A stretch of 64,000 nucleotides of DNA from Cyanobacteriota bacterium (GCA_019751815.1 JAIEMW010000005.1:2603-66602); one strand, 5' to 3'; shown: positions 40,401 through 49,374, counted from the stretch's first letter. The notes: a model not told the origin generated them from the letters alone. Made by a program: numbers and translations.

Positions 40401-40460
40401 GATCAGATCTCCTCGAAATGGAATGCTCAACCCGGGAATATCCTAACCCAAAGCATTGCG

Positions 40461-40493
40461 AAAAACCAGGAGTATTCTCAATCACAAGAATAC
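40461..40493 (-). terminator. Possible terminator after the 246-aa gene
   Basis: On the minus strand, a 7-bp AT-rich stem GTATTCT/AGAATAC followed 6 nt later by TTTTT. Weak. Confidence 0.3.
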
Positions 40494-40523
40494 ATTAAAA
40501 AACAGGCGCTAGAAAACCTGGTG

Positions 40524-41264
40524 CTAGATATCGCGAATCCGCATCCCGAGATCATCGGACTCAAGGGTCTCTTCCTTGTCGGGATCAAATTCTTCTTCTT
40601 GGGGAGCCTCAGCCACTTCTTGATGCTGTGGACGCGGGGCATCGGGGGCTGGGGTTTTGCTGGCGGGTGCCGCCGCAGACACTTTTTCTCTTTCTCGCTT
40701 GATCGTCAGATCTTCTGGCGGCATTTCCGGAGGGCGCAGCTTATCCACCCGGCTTTTGAGTTCTTTCTGAAGCGGCGACGGGAGTTTAAGCACATGCCCA
40801 AGCCAGGAATCTACGTAGGCCTTAATGAGCTTTCGGATGACTGCAATATCCTCGGTCTCATTCCCGATGACTTGATCGGAGCGGTAATAGTTATCAATGT
40901 CTGAGCCCAGATCGGCGATTTGTTTGGCGAAGTAGTTTTGGATATCTTCAGGCAAAAGGCATAGGTAACTGAATGCCCGGTGGGAGCTGTTGTGGTGGTC
41001 ATACGCACGGCGCTTCATTTTGGCTTTATGAATGGCCATAACTCGGTTGGCGCCACCAAAGCTCTTGTATGCACGGTTTAACTCTTCCATATCCAGGTGC
41101 TTATCGCACATGGTGATAATGCCTTCGCAGGTGGTGATCTGGAGCAGCGGCGGCATGGCAATCAGCAAATTCATCATCAATGCCAGATGCGGTTGGTTGT
41201 CATACCAACGCCGTTTTTGCATGGTTGGCTGACTGGCCTGGCGGTAAAGCGAGTTATAGTCCAT
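40524..41264 (-). CDS. Hypothetical protein with an acidic/Pro-rich disordered C-terminus (246 aa)
   Basis: Coding-like ORF with its own near-consensus promoter upstream (41366..41393). The N-terminal roughly 170 aa are helical. The tail is Pro/Glu/Ala/Asp-rich. No motif recognised. Confidence 0.6.
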   Translation of the reverse strand: MDYNSLYRQASQPTMQKRRWYDNQPHLALMMNLLIAMPPLLQITTCEGIITMCDKHLDMEELNRAYKSFGGANRVMAIHKAKMKRRAYDHHNSSHRAFSYLCLLPEDIQNYFAKQIADLGSDIDNYYRSDQVIGNETEDIAVIRKLIKAYVDSWLGHVLKLPSPLQKELKSRVDKLRPPEMPPEDLTIKREREKVSAAAPASKTPAPDAPRPQHQEVAEAPQEEEFDPDKEETLESDDLGMRIRDI

Positions 41265-41365
41265 AAAAACTGATAAAACCTATTCAGAGCGGTCTCAAAA
41301 TAATAGTGTTTTGCGGGTGATGGCAGACGGTCTCCAAACCGATCACACTCATACCAGACAGGGCA

Positions 41366-41393
41366 ATTATAGACGAAGCGAGTGATTTTTCAA
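41366..41393 (-). promoter_or_regulatory. Near-consensus sigma70-type promoter for the 246-aa gene
   Basis: Minus strand reads TTGAAA-N16-TATAAT (-35 at 41393..41388, -10 at 41371..41366). It lies between the stop of the 526-aa gene and the 246-aa start. Confidence 0.5.
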
Positions 41394-41405
41394 TATGCAG
41401 ACAAT

Positions 41406-42986
41406 TTAGGCTTGAAAGGCTTGGAAAATGCCCGGGTGGCTGAGGCGTGCTTCTTGGAAGCCTTCGGGAATGAATTTGGGCGTTTGAACAGGTTTCTCAA
41501 CACTTTTTGGTTTACTGGCTACCAGACCTGCCTTGGTCATGAGAGCGGCAACGGCCATATAAGTGATCAGTCCCAGCCCGCCAGCAAGACTGTAACGGCC
41601 CACATAGCCCATTTTTTCGAGTTTTAAGAGCCGGCTTAGCGGGGTATTAAACATTGTAGCCGCAAAAACCGCACTGCCCGGAATCACGCTTAAGTACGAC
41701 GGCCACCGGGTGACTCCCGATTTGTAGCCTTTGGCTGTCAGTCGTTTTTGCCAGGGTTGAATCACGTCTACGTCGATTAGGCTGAGAATCACACCGGCAA
41801 AGATAAAGTTGAAAATGATGGTGCCTAGCATCTTTGGCCAGAAGTTCAGTTTTTGAATCCGTTTGAGTGCATCTTGGGCCCGGCGACTTTCTAAGGCATC
41901 TCGGAACCATTCAACCAGTTTGGATTTTGCCTTGGTAATATCGGTCACCGCGTGCGCTTGACCTTGCACTTTGAGATGCTGGGTATAGCCATCAACCGTA
42001 TCGAGGGCAAACTCTGTGGCGGCAGTGGCGACGGTTTTGTCTTTAGCCCCAACCAGCCCTTTTGCCATTGCCCATAGTGATTTTGCAACAGTGACCAAGG
42101 GGTTACTGTGTTTTTCTAAGGTCAGGTTGAGCGTTTTCGTTTGGCCCTTGGACAGTTTGTCTAAGACGGCAGCAGCTCGCTGGATGCCGTTAAGCTGTTC
42201 TGGTTTAAGCGCGGGGTTTTGAGCCAATTTATTCAAGAAGGAGCCCACTGTTTTTTCCGCTTGCAGAGCCGCTCCGTCTAGCTCAAACCGTTCCACAACG
42301 GCTGCGCGAAGCTGCTCAGCAAGTGTGGTTCTAAAAGCCTTTGGATCCAAGCTCACTTGGGTTGCTTTGGCTTTGCGGGCAGCGTGGGTGAGTTTATCCA
42401 TTGTTTTGCTGAGGGCCGTATCAACCAAGTTGCTGGAATCAATGGCTGCTTTGAGTAGTTGGGCTTCTGAGTCCGATAAAATCCCGCGTTTGATAAGATC
42501 GTTTTTAATAAACTCGCCGTAGTTGAGTCTGCGCCGCATTTGAGTCACCACCGGCTGGTAAGCTTCTTGCTCAGCGGGGCTCATTTTGGGCAGATCCACT
42601 TCCTCAAGCAGAGAAGGTATCAGGTTATTGCTGGCAGAGCGAACCATGCTGCCGGTCAGGCGGTTCCGCAGAACAGGCATATCCGTAATGGTGGGGAAGT
42701 CTTTAACCGTCTTGAATTTAAAGGGACCCGTCTTGGGATACAACGCTTTTAACTTGTCCAGGCCTAACACTTGCGTCATTAAAGGGAAGGAGTAAACTTT
42801 GTCCACCATCCGAAAGGCCACTTCATAGAGGTAGGCAATTAAAATGGCGCCAAAGAAATCCCGAAAGAGGTAATCAGCCTTTCTGTCTTCTGGGACAGTG
42901 GTTTCTACCCGGTAAATCCCACGAACCAGATAGCTGATGTTAGAAGATTGTGTCAGAATTCGCTGGGCGGCGTTAATACCAATCAT
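41406..42986 (-). CDS. Hypothetical membrane protein (526 aa)
   Basis: I set the start at ATG 42986, which forms an ATGA overlap with the upstream stop. Hydrophobic helices sit near the N-terminus (FFGAILIAYLYEVAF) and in the C-terminal third (MLGTIIFNFIFAGVILSLI, SVIPGSAVFAATMF, LAGGLGLITYMAVAALM). They are separated by about 330 aa of Ala/Lys/Leu-rich helical sequence. Confidence 0.6.
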   Translation of the reverse strand: MIGINAAQRILTQSSNISYLVRGIYRVETTVPEDRKADYLFRDFFGAILIAYLYEVAFRMVDKVYSFPLMTQVLGLDKLKALYPKTGPFKFKTVKDFPTITDMPVLRNRLTGSMVRSASNNLIPSLLEEVDLPKMSPAEQEAYQPVVTQMRRRLNYGEFIKNDLIKRGILSDSEAQLLKAAIDSSNLVDTALSKTMDKLTHAARKAKATQVSLDPKAFRTTLAEQLRAAVVERFELDGAALQAEKTVGSFLNKLAQNPALKPEQLNGIQRAAAVLDKLSKGQTKTLNLTLEKHSNPLVTVAKSLWAMAKGLVGAKDKTVATAATEFALDTVDGYTQHLKVQGQAHAVTDITKAKSKLVEWFRDALESRRAQDALKRIQKLNFWPKMLGTIIFNFIFAGVILSLIDVDVIQPWQKRLTAKGYKSGVTRWPSYLSVIPGSAVFAATMFNTPLSRLLKLEKMGYVGRYSLAGGLGLITYMAVAALMTKAGLVASKPKSVEKPVQTPKFIPEGFQEARLSHPGIFQAFQA

Positions 42987-44278
42987 GAGGGCCGTCCTCC
43001 CATAAATGGATTGGGAGCAGGGGGCCAGTAGAGGGGCTGAGGTGCTTGTGGCTGAAATAACGGCGGCTGCCAATTACCAGCGGGAGGCCAATTACTAAAG
43101 GCAGGGTAATAGGCTGGGTTTTGCTGTATGTCTCTGGCGTGAAAGGCCATGGCGGGCATTGCAGGGGACTGAATCGGAGAAGGTGATTCCATGAGATTGC
43201 CGTTTATGAGCCCGCCGGATGTGATGAGCCTTGAAGGCAGTACCGGACGAGGTGGCAATTTGGGTTTGGGCTTTGCCCCTGGCGCGCTGTTGGGGTCAAA
43301 GTCATGATCCAAAGGCGCGATAAACTTAAAGACAATATCCATGGTCACTTTCCCCACAACCACGGCAATTAAAGCGGTAATCACAGCGGTAGAACCTAGT
43401 TTGCACCACTTTAGCCTGTTTAGAAAAGAGGGCACTAGCTCTGCCAGCTTTTTATCACCCAACAAGGCAGCATCGTGTTTTCCGCTGCTTTCTAATTTTT
43501 TGGCCACCCGACCGGCAAAGGCCTGGATTTTATCCACTTCATTGGCATCAATGGAGGCCCAATATGCTTTTTTACGGTCTTTCTCACTAAAGCGAACACC
43601 GGCCCGCTCTAATAACGCGAAGTAATCGCCGGATAACCCCATTTTGTGCTGAACTTTTGACCAAAAGCCCGGGCCTGACACATGGCTTTGTCCGGCAGTT
43701 TCTGCCGTTTTCACCAACGCTTTGGCCAGTTTGGACCCTGGGTATTGAGACGCCAGTTTTTTTGCTTCTGCCAGAGGAATTTTTCCGCTATGGCGTGTGG
43801 CTAGATTGACCAATTCGGGTAAGGCCGGATCGGCGGGGCGCATAAACTTGTCAAACACGAGTGTATTGACACTGTAGGTGTCATTTTTGTTGTAAGCAAC
43901 AACAGCCAATGTTGCGCACCACACCAAGACATTGCGTCCTAAGGTCTCCCAGACGTGCTGACTTTTGGCAAAGGCAACCGCAGTTTGGGGTAGATAGATG
44001 GCAAAGATGGTGTTGAGGCGAGACGCCCAATCTTCCAGGGACATATTGGCAAATTGAAGCTTGATGTTGGCTAAAGATTCTGCAAAGGGGTGGATTCTCT
44101 TTCCCCAAAATCCTTCTGGGGTAAATAAGGGTTTCAAGGCTTGTTCTGCCAGTTCTCTGGCAACGGTGGCTTCCGTTTTTCCAGAAAAGCCGGGCCGAGC
44201 ACGCAGTGGGCTATGCCCGCCAGATGCGGTCTTCTGTAGATTCAATTGCGGCTGTGTGGAGAACACGGTCGTTATCAA
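42983..44278 (-). CDS. Hypothetical membrane protein with a Pro/Trp/Tyr-rich tail (431 aa)
   Basis: TTG start at 44278 (GTG at 44266 is an alternative). Hydrophobic helices are NVLVWCATLAVVAY and LGSTAVITALIAVVVG. C-terminal tail: PAYYPAFSNWPPAGNWQPPLFQPQAPQPLYWPPAPNPF. Confidence 0.6.
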   Translation of the reverse strand: MITTVFSTQPQLNLQKTASGGHSPLRARPGFSGKTEATVARELAEQALKPLFTPEGFWGKRIHPFAESLANIKLQFANMSLEDWASRLNTIFAIYLPQTAVAFAKSQHVWETLGRNVLVWCATLAVVAYNKNDTYSVNTLVFDKFMRPADPALPELVNLATRHSGKIPLAEAKKLASQYPGSKLAKALVKTAETAGQSHVSGPGFWSKVQHKMGLSGDYFALLERAGVRFSEKDRKKAYWASIDANEVDKIQAFAGRVAKKLESSGKHDAALLGDKKLAELVPSFLNRLKWCKLGSTAVITALIAVVVGKVTMDIVFKFIAPLDHDFDPNSAPGAKPKPKLPPRPVLPSRLITSGGLINGNLMESPSPIQSPAMPAMAFHARDIQQNPAYYPAFSNWPPAGNWQPPLFQPQAPQPLYWPPAPNPFMGGRPS

Positions 44279-44514
44279 CCCTCTGACCTAACGTAAGCCC
44301 CTGACCTAATGCGAGGAAATAAAGACGAAACCAAGAACCAAATTGATACTGGTTTCCAAAAGAAATTAATCCTGTAACAAGCTGTTACATCTTCACGTCT
44401 TGCTTGACGGTGCGTTGTCTGTTCGTCCCCTCGAAAGTAATGCCTCAATAAATGGGATTCATGGTGCGTCCACTGAGAAAAAAGAAGATCATTCAGAAGA
44501 CGCATCGTTCTCAT
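44275..44514 (-). CDS. Candidate small ORF (79 aa), His/Arg-rich N-terminus and hydrophobic C-terminus
   Basis: Linked by an ATGA overlap to the upstream 47-aa ORF and by a TTGA overlap to the 431-aa ORF. There is no other support. Confidence 0.25.
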   Translation of the reverse strand: MRTMRLLNDLLFSQWTHHESHLLRHYFRGDEQTTHRQARREDVTACYRINFFWKPVSIWFLVSSLFPRIRSGAYVRSEG

Positions 44515-44654
44515 GCCGGGCGCTTCTTCTTATGGCCCATACAATAAACCGTCATCCAATGAGAACTCATCAGGCGCTTGCGGCGCATTTTATGTAAAAG
44601 GCGGTGCCACATCCCTTTTAGCTTGTCATTAGATTCAGGCATATCAGGCATCAT
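44511..44654 (-). CDS. Candidate small basic ORF (47 aa), not in the ORF track
   Basis: My translation: MMPDMPESNDKLKGMWHRLLHKMRRKRLMSSHWMTVYCMGHKKKRPA. It lies about 50 nt downstream of a sigma70-like promoter. The RBS is weak. Confidence 0.2.
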   Translation of the reverse strand: MMPDMPESNDKLKGMWHRLLHKMRRKRLMSSHWMTVYCMGHKKKRPA

Positions 44655-44707
44655 TAGCGTGTACAACAACCTTTTTTATTAAATTGGCTTTAGTTTAAAT
44701 TGCGTTC

Positions 44708-44736
44708 AGTATACCGGGAGCCTTGTGGGGCGACAA
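44708..44736 (-). promoter_or_regulatory. Candidate sigma70-type promoter for the 44.65-41.4 kb ORF chain
   Basis: Minus strand reads TTGTCG-N17-TATACT (-35 at 44736..44731, -10 at 44713..44708). Confidence 0.35.
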
Positions 44737-44797
44737 TGAGAAGTGCGACTTCTGTAACGTGTTTGAAACAAAGCGCGGGTATATAAATTTAAGTCAC

Positions 44798-45895
44798 TTA
44801 AGTTTTTCCGGCCTGATTGGCCAGCTGTCCGCAGGCAGCGGCAATGTCCACACCCCGCTCTACGCGGATGGTTACTTTTTTACCGGAGTCACTAACGATA
44901 TTGGCAAAACGGTGAATCACTTCTCTTGACGGTCTCTGATAGCCATAATCATCGCCGATTGGGTTATACGGTATCAGATTGACATTACACTTGAGCCCTT
45001 TCAGCAAATTGCCTAACTGACGGGCTTGAGATTCACTGTCATTAACGCCGGCCAAAAGCACGTACTCAATGGTAAGCCGTCGGTTGGTGGTTCTCACGTA
45101 ATGAAACAGCGACGGCATCAGTTGTTCTAAGGGCCATTTCTTATTGAGCGGCATGATTTTTTCGCGGGTGGCGTTGTCGGCCGCATGGAGCGAAATAGCC
45201 AGTGTCAGTTGAAGCTGCTCATTGGCCAGATCCATAATTCTGGGCACAATACCGGATGTGGAGACGGTGATGTGGCGAATGCCAACTTCGGCCGAACGAT
45301 TCAGAATGCGAATGGCTTTCATAAGGGGATCATAGTTGAGCAGGGGCTCACCTTGGCCCATAAAGACGATATTGCGAACTTCTTCCTGGCTATCGTGTTG
45401 AACAAACAGATACTGCTCCACAATTTCTCCCACGGTAAGGTGGCGTTTAAACCCGAGTTTGCCTGTGGCGCAAAAACCACAATCTACGGCGCATCCCACT
45501 TGAGAGCTGATGCAGATACTGTACTTATCTCGGTCTTCAAAGTACATCAGGACAGATTCCACCACGGAGCCGTCGTCGAGTCCAAAGAGATATTTGACGG
45601 TGCCGTCGTTACTTTTCTGTTTAGTGATCAGCCGAAGTTGTCCCACTCTATATTGTCCGGATAATTTCTCGCGGAAGGTCTTGGATAAGTTGCTCATCGC
45701 CTCCCAGTCTTGCACGCATTTAACATACAGCCAGTGGTGCAACTGTTCTGCCCGAAAACGGGGTTCTCCCATGGCTTGGGTGAGAGACGCCAGCTCGTCA
45801 AGCGTCAGCCCAATCAGGGCTTTGGGTGCTTTAACGGGTATACCACCAGATAGGCCGGGAGTCAGATTTTGAACGGACATAGACACAGGCTTCAA
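44798..45895 (-). CDS. rlmN: 23S rRNA/tRNA (adenine-C2)-methyltransferase, radical SAM
   Basis: Radical-SAM motif SSQVGCAVDCGFCATG and C-terminal DIAAACGQL. Confidence 0.92.
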   Translation of the reverse strand: MKPVSMSVQNLTPGLSGGIPVKAPKALIGLTLDELASLTQAMGEPRFRAEQLHHWLYVKCVQDWEAMSNLSKTFREKLSGQYRVGQLRLITKQKSNDGTVKYLFGLDDGSVVESVLMYFEDRDKYSICISSQVGCAVDCGFCATGKLGFKRHLTVGEIVEQYLFVQHDSQEEVRNIVFMGQGEPLLNYDPLMKAIRILNRSAEVGIRHITVSTSGIVPRIMDLANEQLQLTLAISLHAADNATREKIMPLNKKWPLEQLMPSLFHYVRTTNRRLTIEYVLLAGVNDSESQARQLGNLLKGLKCNVNLIPYNPIGDDYGYQRPSREVIHRFANIVSDSGKKVTIRVERGVDIAAACGQLANQAGKT

Positions 45896-45981
45896 CTCAG
45901 TTTCTTAATTATTTCGGACAGAGTAACGTTACGGTAGTTAAAACACGGGGGCCCCGTCAAATTGCCTATATAGAATAAGGC

Positions 45982-46009
45982 AAAAAAAAACGAGGGAGCG
46001 ACACCTCGT
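45982..46009 (-). terminator. Rho-independent terminator closing the lexA transcription unit
   Basis: Minus strand reads ACGAGG-tgtcgctc-CCTCGT followed by eight T. Confidence 0.6.
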
Positions 46010-46121
46010 TATTGTGGAATTTTGGATTAGAGACGTTGGAGCGAGATAAAAGAAGCAAAATTAAACAGAGGATAAAAAAGAGGACAGAAGAAGACAGGAG
46101 AAAAATTAAAAACAGATGCGG

Positions 46122-46235
46122 CTAAAATAGGTGGGGTAGGACCAATAAGAGCCAGATACCCAACTTACCCAGCAGGGGCAGGTTTAAGGGCAGGTTTAAA
46201 TTTGGACGTGCAGCAGCCAACGTAGCGTTTGACAT
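46122..46235 (-). CDS. Candidate 37-aa hydrophobic peptide downstream of lexA, not in the ORF track
   Basis: My translation: MSNATLAAARPNLNLPLNLPLLGKLGIWLLLVLPHLF. GAAAGG lies about 9 nt upstream of ATG 46235. It sits between the lexA stop (46310) and the terminator at 45982..46009. Confidence 0.25.
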   Translation of the reverse strand: MSNATLAAARPNLNLPLNLPLLGKLGIWLLLVLPHLF

Positions 46236-46309
46236 AACACCAACCTTTCTTTATATGAACCAGCTATATATGGATAGAGGGATGCGACCGTAACGAAATG
46301 AAAAAAGAA

Positions 46310-46930
46310 CTAACTCACTGAGCGGATAATGGTTTCCACCTTACCTTGGACCTGAACATCTTGAACGTAGATAGGCTCCATCGCCGCATTGGCCGGTTGT
46401 AAGCGGATCCGGTGGCCTTCATTGAAAATGCGTTTGAGCGTGGCGGTTTGCTGATCGACCAGAGCGACGACCACGTCCCCGTCCCTAACTCGGGCTTTGG
46501 GGTTAATAATCACGATATCGCCGTCCATAATGTGGTCTTCAATCATACTGTCCCCACGAACTTTGAGGGCGTAGCATCCTTGAGGGCAGAGATCTTCACT
46601 CAGATTGAGGTGCTCGACCATGTCGGTCATGGTCATCAACGGGAGACCCGCGGCAATGGTACCCAAAATGGGTAAATTGCCTTTTGTAGGTCCTGCCAGG
46701 TCTTCACGAATACTAATGGCTCTTTTTTCAGCCGGGTTCCAGTGGATAAAGCCTTTTTTCTTGAGCGCCGAAATATGATAGTGAATGGTGGACGTGGAGC
46801 TGACACCGCAGCGTTCGCACAGTTGTTGAATACTGGGGGGATAACCGTGCTCATCAATAAATTGAAGCAGCTCATCCAGCACGAGGCGCTGTTTTGGGGG
46901 GAGTTGATTGATATCGAGAGAGGCGTTCAT
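46310..46930 (-). CDS. lexA: LexA repressor (S24 autopeptidase)
   Basis: N-terminal wHTH (PPSIQQLCERCGVSSTSTIHYHISALKKKGFI), an Ala-Gly cleavage site (IAAGLP), the Ser motif VRGDSM and the Lys in ATLKRI. Confidence 0.92.
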   Translation of the reverse strand: MNASLDINQLPPKQRLVLDELLQFIDEHGYPPSIQQLCERCGVSSTSTIHYHISALKKKGFIHWNPAEKRAISIREDLAGPTKGNLPILGTIAAGLPLMTMTDMVEHLNLSEDLCPQGCYALKVRGDSMIEDHIMDGDIVIINPKARVRDGDVVVALVDQQTATLKRIFNEGHRIRLQPANAAMEPIYVQDVQVQGKVETIIRSVS

Positions 46931-47255
46931 ATACAGGCGTTATATCTCGTTTGTGCGGGGGGAAACAAGTACTATTATTGTTGACTCATTTTTTATCGAA
47001 TTTTTTATTGATAGAAAATACATTCGATACATTTATCTTAACAATGGCTCCCAAAAAGATCAAGACAAAAAAATGAATTTTCTCTGAGCTTTTTGTACTA
47101 TCGACGTATAGTGCGTATACAGTGAATTTCTTCGTGTTCAGGCTCTGTTACCTCAAGACTATGCAAATGGTTACGGCCCTGTTAAGCTTTGTGGTGAATA
47201 CCTGCACAAGACGTAAGTACTAAACACCAAATACTAGGACGGAGGATTGATCCCA

Positions 47256-49307
47256 ATGACGGTTACCCAGGTTTCTCGTGATGAAGCAGTTGAGTCCAAA
47301 CAGGGAAAGTTTCCCTACCCTGGGATTCCGGGCACATCGGATGGTGCTGGGATGGTTGTCCACGTGGAAACCCGAGCCACTGAAGCCGGGATTGCCTACC
47401 CGATTACCCCTTCTACAACGATGGGAGTGGGTTATGAGAGTGCGTTTGCCAATGGGATGACCAACGTCTGGGGCACCCCGATTATGTGGCTTCAACTCGA
47501 GTCTGAACATAGTTCTGCTTCTTCTGCAGAAGGTTACGCTGTTGCCGGGGGGCGGGTGACCAACTTTACGTCTGGGCAAGGCCTTATTTTGATGAAAGAG
47601 GTGTTGTATACCATTTCCGGTAAACGTCTGCCGGTGGTGTTTAACATTGGCGCCCGGGCACTCACCTCGCATTCTTTAAACGTGCATGCCGGACACGATG
47701 ACGTGATGGGCGTGCAAGATGTGGGTTGGGGCATGTTGTTTGCTCAAAATGCGCAAGAAGCGGGCGATTTATGCTTGATTTCTCGACGCGCTGCCGAACT
47801 GTCTCATACGCCGTTTATGAATATCCAAGATGGTTTCTTGACCACGCATACCATTGAAAACGTGTTGTTCCATGAAGATGAGTTGATTAAAACTTACTTG
47901 GGTGACTCTCGTAGCTTGAAAAGGCTCTTTGATACGGCCAACCCATTGATGAGCGGTGTGGTTCAGAACCAGGACAGCTATATGGCCGGGAAGATTGCCC
48001 AGCGTTATTTTTACGATCAGGTTCCGGGTGCAATTCAACAAGCCTTTAATGAGTTTTATGAGCTCACTGGTCGTCGTTACGGAATGGTTGAAGGACATCA
48101 ACTCGCTGATGCGGATTACGCTATTGTTTCGATGGGCTCCACGGCAGAGACTGCTGCGGTGACTCTGGATACTATCCGTAAAAACGGACATAAAGCGGGT
48201 TCGCTTGCGATTACCTCTTTTAGACCCTTTCCAGGTGCTGAAGTGGTGGAAGCCCTGAAGCACTGTAAATCCATCGCGGTGATTGAGCGTCTGGACACTC
48301 CGCTTGCGATTTCCAATCCTCTGACCGCTGAAATTAAAGCTGCCTTTGCTAATGCGATGATGGGCACCCCGGGTTATCCCAAAATTGACCGGATTCCGGT
48401 GATTTATTCCGGCGTGGCCGGTTTGGGCAGTCGGGATGTTACCCCAGGTCAAATGGTGGCAACGGTGGATAATATGGTGGTCCCTGGTGAAGGCAAACGC
48501 TTCTTTTCCCTGGGTATTGATCATCCCACCTCTCTGACGATTACCGAAGAGCCCGATGTTCGCCCGGAAGGCTCTTTCTCCATTCGCGGCCACTCGGTGG
48601 GTGGTTATGGTTCTGTGACCACCAATAAAATTTTGGCAACCTGTCTGGGCGATATCTTCGGCTTTAAGGTACAGGCCTCACCCAAATACGGGTCTGAGAA
48701 AAAAGGCTTGCCGACCAATACATACTTGACTATGACACGGTCCGGCCGAATTGGAACGCACAGTGAGCTGATTAACGTGGAATTTGTGCCGTTGATGGAT
48801 CCCAACACCTGGAATATGGGCAATCCATTGGTGGGCTTAAAAGAAGGCGGGATTATCTTCCAGCATACCCCGACCGAAGATCCACAACAGCTTTGGAACT
48901 CCATTCCCATTTGGGCAAAATACACCATTAAAGAGCACAAAATCCGCTTTTTTGGTGTCGATACCGTCCGTATTGCCCACGAAGCCTGCCGTGCTGATGA
49001 CTCACTCCTGCAGCGCTTCCAGGGGATTGTTCTCTTGGGTGTCTTCCTGCGCTTAACCCCATTTCAGCAAGATTCGGGGTTGAGTACTGAAGAGCTGTTC
49101 AAGCGGGTTCGCAAGCCTATCGAAAAATACTTTGGTAAGCGCGGAGAACAGGTAATTGAAGACAACATGTTCGCCGTTAAACAAGGGTACGAACAGGTCT
49201 TTGAAGTGCCTTACTCGATTATGGAAGCCACTCCCGCTGATGTGCTTGCACGAGGTAAGGAAGAATGGGATGCCAAAGGCAAGGATACTAACGCATTCTT
49301 TATTTAA
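47256..49307 (+). CDS. Pyruvate/2-oxoacid:ferredoxin oxidoreductase, N-terminal part (alpha plus gamma-like domains)
   Basis: Collinear with the first roughly 680 aa of single-chain PFOR/NifJ (GIAYPITPST..., HSSASSAEGYA, GYGSVTTNKIL). I moved the start to ATG 47256, which has GGAGGA 9 nt upstream. Confidence 0.9.
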   Translation: MTVTQVSRDEAVESKQGKFPYPGIPGTSDGAGMVVHVETRATEAGIAYPITPSTTMGVGYESAFANGMTNVWGTPIMWLQLESEHSSASSAEGYAVAGGRVTNFTSGQGLILMKEVLYTISGKRLPVVFNIGARALTSHSLNVHAGHDDVMGVQDVGWGMLFAQNAQEAGDLCLISRRAAELSHTPFMNIQDGFLTTHTIENVLFHEDELIKTYLGDSRSLKRLFDTANPLMSGVVQNQDSYMAGKIAQRYFYDQVPGAIQQAFNEFYELTGRRYGMVEGHQLADADYAIVSMGSTAETAAVTLDTIRKNGHKAGSLAITSFRPFPGAEVVEALKHCKSIAVIERLDTPLAISNPLTAEIKAAFANAMMGTPGYPKIDRIPVIYSGVAGLGSRDVTPGQMVATVDNMVVPGEGKRFFSLGIDHPTSLTITEEPDVRPEGSFSIRGHSVGGYGSVTTNKILATCLGDIFGFKVQASPKYGSEKKGLPTNTYLTMTRSGRIGTHSELINVEFVPLMDPNTWNMGNPLVGLKEGGIIFQHTPTEDPQQLWNSIPIWAKYTIKEHKIRFFGVDTVRIAHEACRADDSLLQRFQGIVLLGVFLRLTPFQQDSGLSTEELFKRVRKPIEKYFGKRGEQVIEDNMFAVKQGYEQVFEVPYSIMEATPADVLARGKEEWDAKGKDTNAFFI

Positions 49308-49374
49308 TACCTTTTCTGCGTTTTAGCGTCTATTTTATTGAAAGATTTTGTATTAAAAGGAGTCTAGCCCTCTT

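Noticed and set aside
46195-46225. GCAGCAGCCA string reminiscent of SRP (4.5S) RNA domain IV
   Set aside because: The flanking sequence lacks the GGAA tetraloop and the symmetric/asymmetric loop pattern, and no long closing helix can be drawn.
47136-47150. GTTC-N7-GTTA resembling the alphaproteobacterial SOS box
   Set aside because: One half-site is imperfect. The element is more than 200 nt from the lexA start and closer to the PFOR start. One match of this complexity is expected by chance.
47769-48593. 274-aa ORF antisense to the PFOR alpha/gamma gene
   Set aside because: It lies entirely inside a gene with unmistakable PFOR sequence on the other strand. The translation is Arg/His/Gly-rich with no motif, which is typical of a shadow ORF.
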